A stretch of 64,000 nucleotides of DNA, from assembly GCA_028284225.1 (NCBI GenBank), contig JANQSD010000019.1:270762-334761 (forward strand). The letters are read 5' to 3'. A program made the translations under genes and the position numbers. This DNA is from Arenicellales bacterium. GTDB taxonomy: Bacteria > Pseudomonadota > Gammaproteobacteria > Arenicellales > JAHEKD01. The notes under the pieces were generated by a model that saw only the letters and a program-made list of their open reading frames with translations, had not been told where the DNA came from and ran no database searches. Positions 9,711 through 19,246 of the stretch are shown one piece after another (the stretch's first letter is position 1; the number at the start of each line of letters is the position of its first letter).

Positions 9711-10856
9711 TTACTTATAAGGATCAGCGGCATCGCGTAAACCATCACCGAGAAAGTTAAAACCCAGGATGACGATAATGACCGGAATTACCGGAATCAT
9801 CAGCCAGGGATAGAGTGCAACAACGTTAATGTTTTGGGCTTCGTTGAGTAATACACCCCAGCTTGTTATAGGCGGCCTGAGCCCGAGCCCAAGAAAACTC
9901 AAGGCAGTTTCCCCCAGGATCATGCCGGGAATTGATAATGATGCGGAGGCGATTAGATGGCTCATGAAACCGGGCAACAAGTGTTTGCCGATAATTCGTT
10001 TTGGTTTGGCACCCATGAGTTGTGCGGCGGTGCAATAATCTTCCTCGCGCAAGGCCAGCAATTTTGAACGCACCGCACGGGCAAGTGATGTCCAATCCAG
10101 CAAGGCCAGAATTATGGTAATGCCGAAAAAGATCAACAGCGGACTCCAGGTCACAGGTAGTACGGCCGATAAGGCCATCCAGAGCGGTAATTCAGGGAAG
10201 GAGCGAATAATTTCGATTAGGCGCTGAATAACATTGTCGACAAAACCACCATAATAACCGGCAATGCCACCAATAATTATTCCTAAGGTAAAACTCACTA
10301 CAATACCGATCAGGCCAATGGTCAAGGAAATACGGGCACCGTGGAATATTCGTGAATACATGTCGCGACCCAAACGATCAGTGCCCATCAAAAAGAATTG
10401 GCCATCTTCGGCCGGGCAGACAAAATGTTTGTCGGTCTCAAATATTCCCCAGAATGTGTAACTGTCACCACTACAAAAGAAACGCAGTTTGTGGATTTTC
10501 TCGGGATTGGGCGTATATTCGCGCTTCAAATTTTCCATATTGAGCTCATAGTCCAAACCATAGACAAACGGCCCAACAAACTTACCCTCATGGAAAAAAT
10601 GAGGTAGTTGCGGTGGCGCGTAAATGAAATCTGTATTACGAGTATGTAAATTATAAGGGGTTAAAAACTCACAAAACAAAGCGCCAAAGTAAATGAAAAA
10701 CAGCATGATTGATGAAATCACCGCCAGTTTATGGCGCTTGAGTTTCCACCACATCAATTGCCATTGCGAGGCAAAGTAGTATTGTTCCTGTTTTTCCGTC
10801 AGTTGTTCGACGGAATAAGGATCAAAGGGCTTGTCGGATACAAAGTGCTTGGTCAT
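9711..10856 (-). CDS. Peptide/opine-type ABC transporter permease (YejE/OppC-like)
   Basis: 381 aa membrane protein, BPD-transport-type C-terminal half. 4-nt ATGA overlap with the upstream permease gene. Confidence 0.85.
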   Translation of the reverse strand: MTKHFVSDKPFDPYSVEQLTEKQEQYYFASQWQLMWWKLKRHKLAVISSIMLFFIYFGALFCEFLTPYNLHTRNTDFIYAPPQLPHFFHEGKFVGPFVYGLDYELNMENLKREYTPNPEKIHKLRFFCSGDSYTFWGIFETDKHFVCPAEDGQFFLMGTDRLGRDMYSRIFHGARISLTIGLIGIVVSFTLGIIIGGIAGYYGGFVDNVIQRLIEIIRSFPELPLWMALSAVLPVTWSPLLIFFGITIILALLDWTSLARAVRSKLLALREEDYCTAAQLMGAKPKRIIGKHLLPGFMSHLIASASLSIPGMILGETALSFLGLGLRPPITSWGVLLNEAQNINVVALYPWLMIPVIPVIIVILGFNFLGDGLRDAADPYK

Positions 10857-11851
10857 TTGGTAATTTCACCTTGTAAGCGAATACGCGGGTCTGTAACCGC
10901 CAGCAAAATATCAGATATCAACACGCCGATCACGGTTAGCATGGCCAGAAACATTAAGAATGAACCGGCCAAGTACATGTCCTGACTCTGCAAAGCACTG
11001 AGTAACATTGGGCCGGTAGTGGGTAGCGACAGTACCACGGCAGTGATTTCTGCACCTGATATAACACTGGGCAGTAAACTGCCGATATCGGCAATAAAAA
11101 AGTTAAGTGCCATACGTAACGGATATTTACGTACCAGTTTACCTTCCTTCATGCCCTTAGCTCGGGCGGTGGTTACATATTGTTTTTGTAGTTCATCAAG
11201 CAAATTGGCCCGCAGGCGTCGAATCATACCAGCAGTGCCTGATGTGCCTATCACAATCACTGGAATCCACAAATGCTCGAGTACTGATTTGATCTTTGCC
11301 CAGCTCCAGGACTGGTCAATAAACTCAGGATCCATCAAACCACCGATGGATGTGCCAAAATAAACGTTAGCAAGGTAAAGCATAACCAGCGCTAACAGAA
11401 AATTCGGAGTGGCAAGACCGATAAAACCAAGAAAACTCAGGCCATAGTCGCCCCAACTGTATTGATGGGTGGCTGAATAAATACCAATCGGGAACGCGAT
11501 CATCCAAGTGAAAATGATCGTCACGACTGAAATAATGATAGTTAGAAACATGCGGTCTCCAACCACTTCCCGAACCGGTAAGTCAAATTCGAATGAGTAG
11601 CCCAGATCGCCTTGCATCAAGCCCTTGGCCCAGACAAAGTATTGTTCATAAAGTGGCTTGTCAAGACCGTACTCCTGACGCAGGAATTTTATTTTGGCAT
11701 CGTCAACAGATTCACCCTGGCTTTGTAATTCTGCAATATAGCTTTCCAGATAATCACCGGGCGGCAACTGAATAATAATGAATACCAGTACACTAATGAC
11801 GAATAATGTCGGGATCATCAATAACAAGCGCTTAACAATATAGTTCAGCAT
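10853..11851 (-). CDS. Peptide/opine-type ABC transporter permease (YejB/OppB-like)
   Basis: 332 aa. 'MLNYIVKRLLLMIPTLFVISVLVFIIIQLPPGD' is the typical OppB/DppB N-terminus. Confidence 0.85.
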   Translation of the reverse strand: MLNYIVKRLLLMIPTLFVISVLVFIIIQLPPGDYLESYIAELQSQGESVDDAKIKFLRQEYGLDKPLYEQYFVWAKGLMQGDLGYSFEFDLPVREVVGDRMFLTIIISVVTIIFTWMIAFPIGIYSATHQYSWGDYGLSFLGFIGLATPNFLLALVMLYLANVYFGTSIGGLMDPEFIDQSWSWAKIKSVLEHLWIPVIVIGTSGTAGMIRRLRANLLDELQKQYVTTARAKGMKEGKLVRKYPLRMALNFFIADIGSLLPSVISGAEITAVVLSLPTTGPMLLSALQSQDMYLAGSFLMFLAMLTVIGVLISDILLAVTDPRIRLQGEITK

Positions 11852-11853
11852 GT

Positions 11854-13743
11854 TTATTGCTCAAACCAGAAAATATCAGGATGGTAGACACCAAAGTAGG
11901 CGGTCGGTGACCAGGCATAAACGGCTTGCTCAGGTACATTGCGTAAATTACGGTTCACTACAACAGGTTGCGGAACCGAGTTAATGATGCCGATGCTGTA
12001 CACTTGTTCACAATACATCTCTAGCATTTGTTGCCAGATTTGTTTTTGCTCACTCATGCTTGAAGTCCGGCTCCATTGTTGGTTGAGTTCAAATAGTTTT
12101 TTTGCTTCAGCCAGGTCCGGTGCTTCTCCGCGTTCACCTTTGGTTTCTGAATATTGTCCCCATTTTGGCCATTGATATTGATTCTGTGAAGTGGGCGCCA
12201 GCTCATGCGGGCTCATGTCAGCAGTAGGCAGGCCATTTTCAAGGCCACTCCAGATAGACATCATGGCATCACCGGAAAACACACGTTCCCTGAAAACTTC
12301 CCGTTGTGAGGGCTTACTGTAAATCTTAATGCCCAGTTTTAACCAACTATCGTGTAATAGTTCCAGAATATCGGTTTCCTCAGTGCTTTCTCCGGCGGTG
12401 TGAATGATTATTTCCAGCGGCTTTCCGTCAGAACGAAGTCGTATGCCTTTTTTGTTACGCTTGTCCAGGCCAACTTCATCCAGTAAGCGATTAGCCTGAT
12501 CAGGATCATATGTGGCCCAGTGCTGCTGCAACTCGGGTTTATGAAAGGAACTATCTGGTAGAACGGTGTTATTGCTCTCGTTGGTGAGGCCGAAATAGAC
12601 AACCTGATTAATCTCATAACGATTTATGCCCAGAGACAATGCACGCCGAAAACGCGTATCACGCGCTAGTTCACGCCAAACATCATCGCTGCTGTTAAGG
12701 TTCGGATATAAAGCTTTATGTGAGCCATTAATCGTTCGCCATAAACGCACATCGTAATTGCTCCGTTTTTCACCTTCCTTGAGGAAAGTGTAATTGTCCA
12801 GCCGTAAATAATGACCTTGCAAATCCGACTCACCGGCACCTGCTTTAGCCGGAATTAAGCTGCTGGAGACAATGCTAACGATGACCTCATCAATATAAGG
12901 CATTTGTCGGCCATTAACATCGACGCGATGGAAATACGGATTACGTTTAAATATATAGCGTTCTGCAGGTTGCTTAGTAGTATTTATCCACGGTTGTAAT
13001 GAAGGTAATTTAGGATTGGTCAGTTTATATTGGCGTGCTTTTTTCAAATAGTAACCGGCCCAATTACGTTTGCCTGATTCTTGGGCCTGTTGTTGTAGTT
13101 GATCCGGGTCAGTATAGTTTGGGTGGTATTTCTTTAAATAATGCTTGGGTTGATAAATGAATAGTGGACGCGGTGCAGCCAGTTCGGGTAAGAAGTATGG
13201 ATTCGGCTTTGACCAACGATAAATGACTGTCAATGCATCTGGGAATTCAACTTCAGGTAGTTCGCCGTCGACTAACAATGTTTTGGGTGGACCGAATGGA
13301 TTTAAATCTTTATTAGTAGCGATATCTTGCCAGTAAAATTTGAAATCTTCAGACGTAAATGGATGGCCGTCAGACCAACGATGACCTTTACGGAGTTTGA
13401 AAATAAATTCTTTGTTTCCCCGGTTTTCAAATGATTCGGCGATGTCGGTAATCAGCTTAAGGTTTTCGTCGTAACCCACTACGCGTGAATAACCATAAAC
13501 CACCATGCGCCTTATATCCTTGTCTTTGGCCATAAGCATGTTGAGTTTGCCGCCGTAGACGCCGGGTGTCTTATTACCCAATGATTCATCCATAATCAAC
13601 GGTGTTTCGGGGATACGCTCAGTTAGCGGTGGTAACTCGCCGTTAGCGATCTGTTCGGAGAAATACTCCGGTTCCAACATTGACGCAAAAGCACTGCCAA
13701 AAAACCAGGATAGTAAAATTAAATATTTAACTGCTCTGATCAT
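11854..13743 (-). CDS. ABC transporter substrate-binding protein, family 5 (YejA-like), secreted
   Basis: 629 aa with an N-terminal signal-like segment. Size and position inside the ABC operon fit. Confidence 0.8.
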   Translation of the reverse strand: MIRAVKYLILLSWFFGSAFASMLEPEYFSEQIANGELPPLTERIPETPLIMDESLGNKTPGVYGGKLNMLMAKDKDIRRMVVYGYSRVVGYDENLKLITDIAESFENRGNKEFIFKLRKGHRWSDGHPFTSEDFKFYWQDIATNKDLNPFGPPKTLLVDGELPEVEFPDALTVIYRWSKPNPYFLPELAAPRPLFIYQPKHYLKKYHPNYTDPDQLQQQAQESGKRNWAGYYLKKARQYKLTNPKLPSLQPWINTTKQPAERYIFKRNPYFHRVDVNGRQMPYIDEVIVSIVSSSLIPAKAGAGESDLQGHYLRLDNYTFLKEGEKRSNYDVRLWRTINGSHKALYPNLNSSDDVWRELARDTRFRRALSLGINRYEINQVVYFGLTNESNNTVLPDSSFHKPELQQHWATYDPDQANRLLDEVGLDKRNKKGIRLRSDGKPLEIIIHTAGESTEETDILELLHDSWLKLGIKIYSKPSQREVFRERVFSGDAMMSIWSGLENGLPTADMSPHELAPTSQNQYQWPKWGQYSETKGERGEAPDLAEAKKLFELNQQWSRTSSMSEQKQIWQQMLEMYCEQVYSIGIINSVPQPVVVNRNLRNVPEQAVYAWSPTAYFGVYHPDIFWFEQ

Positions 13744-15600
13744 TTAGTTGACAGCTGTTTGCACAAAATGATCATTAGCTACAGCCTTAAGCTGAGTAGG
13801 ATGTTGCGGCCCGCAAGTGTAGGGTGATGGCCAGGCGCCGGGTTCTGAAGATTTTCCATCCATGACTAATTCAAAATCCAGGGATTTCTCCAGATCAGCG
13901 AAGGGTACCGCATTAAGCAATGCCTGGGTATAAGGGTGTATCGGATTATTAAACAGTTCTTCTTTAGCCGCGATTTCAACCAGCCTGCCCTGGCACATAA
14001 CGGCAATTCGATCAGCAATATAATCAACCACTGCCAGATTATGCGAAATAAAAATGTAAGTCAGGTTGAGTTCCTGCTGTAAATCCTTTAATAAATTTAG
14101 CACCTGCGCTTGAATAGATACATCGAGTGCTGAAACCGGCTCATCACAAATGATCAGTTTTGGTTTTAATGCCAGTGCCCTGGCGATGCCCAGGCGCTGA
14201 CGTTGTCCACCGGAGAAACTATGTGGATAACGGCTTAAAAAACGCGGATCAAGGCCAACCAACTGCATTAGCTCCTTGACCATTTCGATTTGATAGGCTT
14301 CATCACCGACGCTATGGATAACCAGAGGTTCACGAATGATGTCGTAAACCGTCATGCGTGGATTTAACGAACTAAACGGATCCTGAAAAATAAATTGCAT
14401 TTTGCTTCTAAAATCAAACAGCTCTTGATCTTCCAAAGCAAGTACGTCGACTTGATCGCGACCATCGTAATAAGTGACTTCGCCTGAGTTCGGCCGTAAT
14501 GCTTTCATAAGAATCTTTGAAAGGGTGGTTTTACCACAGCCGCTTTCACCTACCAGGCCAAAACACTCTCCACGCAACACATCAAAACTAACATCATCAA
14601 CAGCCTTGATGATGCGATGTTCCGATTTGCCGAACATGGGCTTGTGGCGTATTTCAAAGGTGCGAACTAAATTTTTAACACTTAAGTGAGTAGGGTCTTG
14701 TTCTTGTGTTTGAGGAGACGACTTTTCAATATGGAATCGACCCAACTCTGATTCAATTTCACGTACCGGTTTAAGGCGTTCACCCGGCTTCATGTCGAAA
14801 TGCGGCACCGCTTGCATCAATGCCTTTAAATAGGGATGTTGCGGGTTCGTATAGATATCAGCAACTGAACCGCTTTCCATGATTTCGCCGTGATACATAA
14901 CGACCACATCGTCGGCAACATTGGCGACCACACCCAGGTCGTGCGTAATCATCAAGACAGCCATGTGTAATTCTTCCTGCAGGTCTTTGATGAGTTTCAG
15001 GATTTGTGCCTGTATGGTGACGTCAAGTGCAGTAGTCGGCTCATCTGCAATTAACAGTGCCGGTTTACAAACCAATGCCATGGCAATCATGGCACGCTGT
15101 CTCAAGCCGCCTGAAAGCTCAAAGGGGTAAGTCTTTAAAGCTCTATTAGCATCAGGAAACCCAACCATGTCTAGCATTTCTTTGGTGAGTTGAGTTGCTT
15201 CAGTGGTATTCACTGATTGGTGTAATAGCACTGATTCACTGACTTGATCACCGATAGTATGCAGTGGTGATAAAGACACCATTGGTTCCTGGAAAATCAT
15301 GGAGATTTTACCACCGCGGATATCCCGCATTTGAGGGCTATCAACCTTAAGTTTAGCGATGTCAATGGTGGGTTGATTCGAATCAGTTGTTAACAGGATT
15401 TCTCCTGAGCTGATAGTGGCGATTTTGGGCAATATTCGCATAATGGCCTGAGCTGTGACCGATTTTCCCGATCCTGATTCACCAACCAGTGCTACGGTTT
15501 TGCCGTGTGGGATTTTGAATGAAACATCTTTGACAGCCGAAATCGCGTCACCATGAAGCGCAAAATCGATTTTTAGATTCCTGATATCCAGGACATTCAT
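13744..15600 (-). CDS. Fused double-NBD ABC ATPase (YejF/DppD-DppF-like)
   Basis: 618 aa. Two Walker A motifs ('GESGSGKS', 'GESGCGKT'), two signatures ('LSGGLRQR', 'FSGGQRQR') and two Walker B motifs. Confidence 0.9.
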   Translation of the reverse strand: MNVLDIRNLKIDFALHGDAISAVKDVSFKIPHGKTVALVGESGSGKSVTAQAIMRILPKIATISSGEILLTTDSNQPTIDIAKLKVDSPQMRDIRGGKISMIFQEPMVSLSPLHTIGDQVSESVLLHQSVNTTEATQLTKEMLDMVGFPDANRALKTYPFELSGGLRQRAMIAMALVCKPALLIADEPTTALDVTIQAQILKLIKDLQEELHMAVLMITHDLGVVANVADDVVVMYHGEIMESGSVADIYTNPQHPYLKALMQAVPHFDMKPGERLKPVREIESELGRFHIEKSSPQTQEQDPTHLSVKNLVRTFEIRHKPMFGKSEHRIIKAVDDVSFDVLRGECFGLVGESGCGKTTLSKILMKALRPNSGEVTYYDGRDQVDVLALEDQELFDFRSKMQFIFQDPFSSLNPRMTVYDIIREPLVIHSVGDEAYQIEMVKELMQLVGLDPRFLSRYPHSFSGGQRQRLGIARALALKPKLIICDEPVSALDVSIQAQVLNLLKDLQQELNLTYIFISHNLAVVDYIADRIAVMCQGRLVEIAAKEELFNNPIHPYTQALLNAVPFADLEKSLDFELVMDGKSSEPGAWPSPYTCGPQHPTQLKAVANDHFVQTAVN

Positions 15601-15631
15601 AATGTCAAAATAATCCTACCGTGTGAAAAGT

Positions 15632-15712
15632 TAGCCTGCATATTGCATCAGTATTTGCTAATGATAGTACTGGTTCATTTTTTTGGCTCCGGCTGGTGCA
15701 GTATGCAGGCTA
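15632..15712. repeat. 20-bp inverted repeat (18/20) separated by 41 nt
   Basis: TAGCCTGCATATTGCATCAG (15632-15651) versus CTGGTGCAGTATGCAGGCTA (15693-15712). Both mismatches would be G-U pairs in a plus-sense RNA. Confidence 0.7.
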
Positions 15713-15723
15713 GAGTATAACAA

Positions 15724-16638
15724 TTATTTCTTATTATTAGATGACCATTGCTGCCAGGTTTTCTGCAATTTATCAGGATAATCAGAAATAATGCCGTCCG
15801 TGCCCCACTGCATCAGTTTTTTCATAGTTGCCTTGTGATTGACTGTCCAAGTAAAGACTTTCAAGTGATGAGAATGAGCTATGTCCAGATGAGCTTTGCT
15901 TAAATTTTTATAGTAGGGAATCCAATACTCGGCACCAAACGCAGCAACCATTTCGGGCGTGACACGGTTGAAGTCACGAATATCCAGCCCTGCATTCCAA
16001 AGCGAAGGCTTATTATTAACCGGCGTGAGAGTATTCTCAGTTGGGTCAACTGTCGTTAAACAGCCGATTGACAAGGAGCTATCGATTTCTCTTACTGCTT
16101 TGATCACCGCCCAATTAAAGCAGGATACTACGCAACGATTGTTTATCTTTAAGCGATGAATTTCGTCGACCACTTTTTTTGCCAGGGTAGTCGGCCTTGG
16201 GCATAAACCGGGCTCTTTGGGCGAATGCTTGATCTCAATATTCAAGATCGCCTGATTTAAACGTTGCTTGTCAAAGTATTCAACAAGCTCGGCCAGAGTG
16301 GGTATGGTTTGATCCGGCAATATTTGTTGTTTACTGTAAAGCAAACCATAAGCGCTACGCTTGTTAATTCGACCAAGCTTGTATTGTCTAAGCTGTTTCA
16401 GAGTCAGGTCGCGAACGGCTGGGCCCAATTTTTTTATCCATTTACCGTCGGCGTCCCGGGTGATGTTGGATTTCAATCTCAGGTCATGATAAATCACTAA
16501 TTCGTTATCCTTGCTGAGTTGAACATCAAATTCAATTCCGTCAGCACCGAATTCAAATGGTTTCGCCAGTGACGGCAGCGTGTTTTCCGCTAATAATCCT
16601 CTGGCACCACGATGGCCTAGTAATGAAATTTGTCGCAT
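15724..16638 (-). CDS. Glycerophosphodiester phosphodiesterase
   Basis: 304 aa. 'LLGHRGARGLLAENTLPS...GADGIEFDVQLSKDNELVIYHD' is the GDPD catalytic motif. Confidence 0.85.
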   Translation of the reverse strand: MRQISLLGHRGARGLLAENTLPSLAKPFEFGADGIEFDVQLSKDNELVIYHDLRLKSNITRDADGKWIKKLGPAVRDLTLKQLRQYKLGRINKRSAYGLLYSKQQILPDQTIPTLAELVEYFDKQRLNQAILNIEIKHSPKEPGLCPRPTTLAKKVVDEIHRLKINNRCVVSCFNWAVIKAVREIDSSLSIGCLTTVDPTENTLTPVNNKPSLWNAGLDIRDFNRVTPEMVAAFGAEYWIPYYKNLSKAHLDIAHSHHLKVFTWTVNHKATMKKLMQWGTDGIISDYPDKLQKTWQQWSSNNKK

Positions 16639-16640
16639 AA

Positions 16641-16878
16641 TCCTAGATTCCTCAGTTGACCGCTGTGAAATACATTTAGACGTATGAACTCAAATATAAA
16701 TTCACATATTCATGCATCAATCTTGTTGATGAATGCGCTACCGGCCTTAATGCGGGTTAAAATCCACTGCTGCTGTGTTATGGATCTTGTCAGTAGAACA
16801 ACTACTCACTGCAATCCATGCCTTGCAGCAGCGTATTTTAACCGGGCCTTAAAGCCAGTCCAACTGAGGATTCTAGGA
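16641..16878. repeat. About 238-bp element bounded by 18-bp inverted repeats (MITE-like or long structured RNA)
   Basis: TCCTAGATTCCTCAGTTG (16641-16658) versus CAACTGAGGATTCTAGGA (16861-16878), 17/18 complementary. Internal arms also pair (GGTTAAAAT 16755-63 with ATTTTAACC 16835-43; CTGCTGC 16767-73 with GCAGCAG 16825-31). Confidence 0.6.
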
Positions 16879-16924
16879 TAATCCAAACTCTTACACGATT
16901 CTAAAGAGGGTAAAAGTATTTTTT

Positions 16925-17650
16925 ATGGATCAAGTGTCATATACATATCAAAATATGATCGGAGATTTAGAGGATTGTGGGCTTAATTTGGTCGCCGCAT
17001 TCGATATTTCTGTGTTACCTGAATCGATCACGAATACTCTTCCTGATCGCGCACAAGAAGACTATAGTTCTTTGCTACTGGTTGGTACTAAGGGAAGTAG
17101 TTTCTGGCAACATTTAAAAAGTATAAATAAAACGCAAGGTGATTGTTTAGATGAAATGAGCCAGAAAATTACAATCGATATCTTTTCTACCCACTTTGCC
17201 AATGCTCGATATTTGGTTTTATACCCTCACTCTGAATATGTAATACCCTTGCAGCAACTCGGCCATTTAGTCGGTTGGGGCAGGCCGTCAATTTTAGGGC
17301 CAGGGATTAATATTGAATACGGCACCTGGTTTGCCTATCGAACGGCAATGCTGGTGTCGGAAAGTCTGCCTGCCAGTGAATATGCACAAGCTGAGGAAGT
17401 TTGTGAGCAATGCATTGATAAACCTTGTCAAACAGCCTGTCCTGTCAGTGCTGTGAAAACATTGGGGAATTTTAATCTTAAATCCTGCATTGGCTATCGA
17501 GTAACAGATGATTCGAACTGTGCGGATAAATGTCTGGCGCGTTTGGCTTGCCCCATAGGGATGGACTATTTTTATCAACCTGACCACCTGGCCCATCATG
17601 GTTACTTTTCTTTACGTTCCATCAAACGTTACATCGAGAATAATAAATGA
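16925..17650 (+). CDS. Putative 4Fe-4S cluster protein (ferredoxin-type / QueG-reductive-dehalogenase-like C-terminus)
   Basis: 241 aa. Cys clusters 'CEQCIDKPCQTACP' and 'CIGYRVTDDSNCADKCLARLACP'. Confidence 0.5.
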   Translation: MDQVSYTYQNMIGDLEDCGLNLVAAFDISVLPESITNTLPDRAQEDYSSLLLVGTKGSSFWQHLKSINKTQGDCLDEMSQKITIDIFSTHFANARYLVLYPHSEYVIPLQQLGHLVGWGRPSILGPGINIEYGTWFAYRTAMLVSESLPASEYAQAEEVCEQCIDKPCQTACPVSAVKTLGNFNLKSCIGYRVTDDSNCADKCLARLACPIGMDYFYQPDHLAHHGYFSLRSIKRYIENNK

Positions 17651-18681
17651 TGGCAGATATTGAATACATGATGGATGCGCCTTCAGAGTTAGGTGTGCCT
17701 CATCAGGTAGCAGAAGCAATATATTTGATACGTTTGCCTTTGCCCTTTGCATTGGATCATGTCAATGTCTGGTTGCTGGAAGATCAAGGCTCGTGGACGG
17801 TTGTCGATACAGGTTTGGGAAGTCAAGATTGCCTGACTATTTGGGATAATTTGCTGACGTCATTTTTGGCACAAAAGCCTGTTAAAAAAATCATCTTAAC
17901 GCATTATCACCCGGACCATGTGGGGCTGAGTGGCGATTTGGCCGAGCGAACCGGTGCGGATGTGTTTATGTCGCGCACCGAATGGCTAATGGCCAATATG
18001 CTTTATCATGATGAGCTTGGTGTATTAGGAACCAAGATGCTGGAATTATTCCGCAGGCACGGTTTGTCCGCTGACATGTATGAGCAGATGCAATACTTTA
18101 AAACCTCCTATCGTAATCGTTGCTCAAAATTACCAACAGGTTTTAACAGAATTAGCCATCTTGATGAATTAGAAATAACCGGAACTAGTTGGCAGTGTCG
18201 GGAAGGGCGTGGGCATTCACCCGAACATATTTCCTTATATAACCCGGATAACAACATTTTGATTGCTGGCGATCATATCCTGCCCAAGATCACGCCAAAT
18301 ATTCCAATGCCAGTACAGGATTTAACCGCTAATCCTATTGCCGATTACATTGATTCTCTGGCCGCTTTTGAGGATATTGATAACTGCGCTCTAGTGTTGC
18401 CTTCACATCGATTGCCGTTTACAGGATGTAATGCCCGAATTGATCAGCTTAAGACTCATCATCATGATCGTCTTAACACCTTATTGCAAGCTTGTGCAGA
18501 GTCTGTAACGGCTTATGACGTTTTACCGGTCTTGTTCAATCGCGAGTTAGACTCAAATCAGACCACCTTTGCCATGCTGGAGGCACTATCGCATCTGGTT
18601 TATCTTGAGAAAGGAGGCAAAATAAAAAAACAGGAGAATGATGAGATAGTTAGCTGGCAGGTGTTAAATGGAAATATTTAG
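17647..18681 (+). CDS. MBL-fold metallo-hydrolase
   Basis: 344 aa with motif 'ILTHYHPDHVGLSG'. ATGA overlap with the upstream gene. Confidence 0.85.
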   Translation: MMADIEYMMDAPSELGVPHQVAEAIYLIRLPLPFALDHVNVWLLEDQGSWTVVDTGLGSQDCLTIWDNLLTSFLAQKPVKKIILTHYHPDHVGLSGDLAERTGADVFMSRTEWLMANMLYHDELGVLGTKMLELFRRHGLSADMYEQMQYFKTSYRNRCSKLPTGFNRISHLDELEITGTSWQCREGRGHSPEHISLYNPDNNILIAGDHILPKITPNIPMPVQDLTANPIADYIDSLAAFEDIDNCALVLPSHRLPFTGCNARIDQLKTHHHDRLNTLLQACAESVTAYDVLPVLFNRELDSNQTTFAMLEALSHLVYLEKGGKIKKQENDEIVSWQVLNGNI

Positions 18682-19054
18682 GACCGGTATTATTCTCAAT
18701 GTTGAGAATTTCGATGATTGTGTCAATTTTTATAAAGCCGTTTTCAATCTTGAAGTCATGTTTGAAGAACAACAGGGTGATTTTCGGCTCTGCTGTTTTG
18801 AGTTCGGTGGGTCATATTTAATGATCGAAACCGGAGGTGCAGCAAACTCAAGCGGGAAACCGATCAGCCAAGGTGCGGCTAAATTAAGATTTAATGTCGC
18901 TGATCTTGACCAAGCGATTGATCACCTGAGATCCAAGGGCATTAATGCAAATATCCAAACATTTAATTGGGGATCGACAATTAATATTTTTGACCCTGAT
19001 GGAAACAGAATCGGTATTACTGAAGAGGTCAGGTTTTCAAACCAATTTACTTAG
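18668..19054 (+). CDS. VOC/glyoxalase-family protein
   Basis: 128 aa. Size and a beta-alpha-beta-beta-beta-like pattern ('FDPDGNRIGI' C-terminal motif) fit. 14-nt overlap with the MBL gene. Confidence 0.65.
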   Translation: MEIFRTGIILNVENFDDCVNFYKAVFNLEVMFEEQQGDFRLCCFEFGGSYLMIETGGAANSSGKPISQGAAKLRFNVADLDQAIDHLRSKGINANIQTFNWGSTINIFDPDGNRIGITEEVRFSNQFT

Positions 19055-19198
19055 AGCCTACCTCAAAATGTCTGTACTCGTTGATACATCATTAAAAGCT
19101 CGCTCAAACAAAATGCTCATTTACCTCAAGTAAACTGCGCTTTTTCGCTCAGTTTTGTCTCGTCTGAACGTCGCTCAACTATTTTGAGATAGGCTCTA
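19052..19198. repeat. 147-bp element bounded by 18-bp inverted repeats
   Basis: TAGAGCCTACCTCAAAAT (19052-19069) versus ATTTTGAGATAGGCTCTA (19181-19198), 17/18 complementary. It starts on the VOC stop codon. Confidence 0.6.
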
Positions 19199-19199
19199 A

Positions 19200-19229
19200 T
19201 AAAAAAGGCTGGCAAAGCCAGCCTTTTTA
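19200..19229. terminator. Bidirectional rho-independent terminator
   Basis: AAAAAA-AGGCTGGC-AAA-GCCAGCCT-TTTTT. 8-bp GC-rich stem flanked by an A-run and a T-run, between convergent genes. Confidence 0.85.
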
Positions 19230-19246
19230 CTTTTCAACTTACTTAT

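Noticed and set aside
16684-16881. 65-aa ORF inside the 238-bp inverted-repeat element.
   Set aside because: It has no SD and is a Cys/His-rich low-complexity translation of a palindromic element. It is better explained as non-coding.
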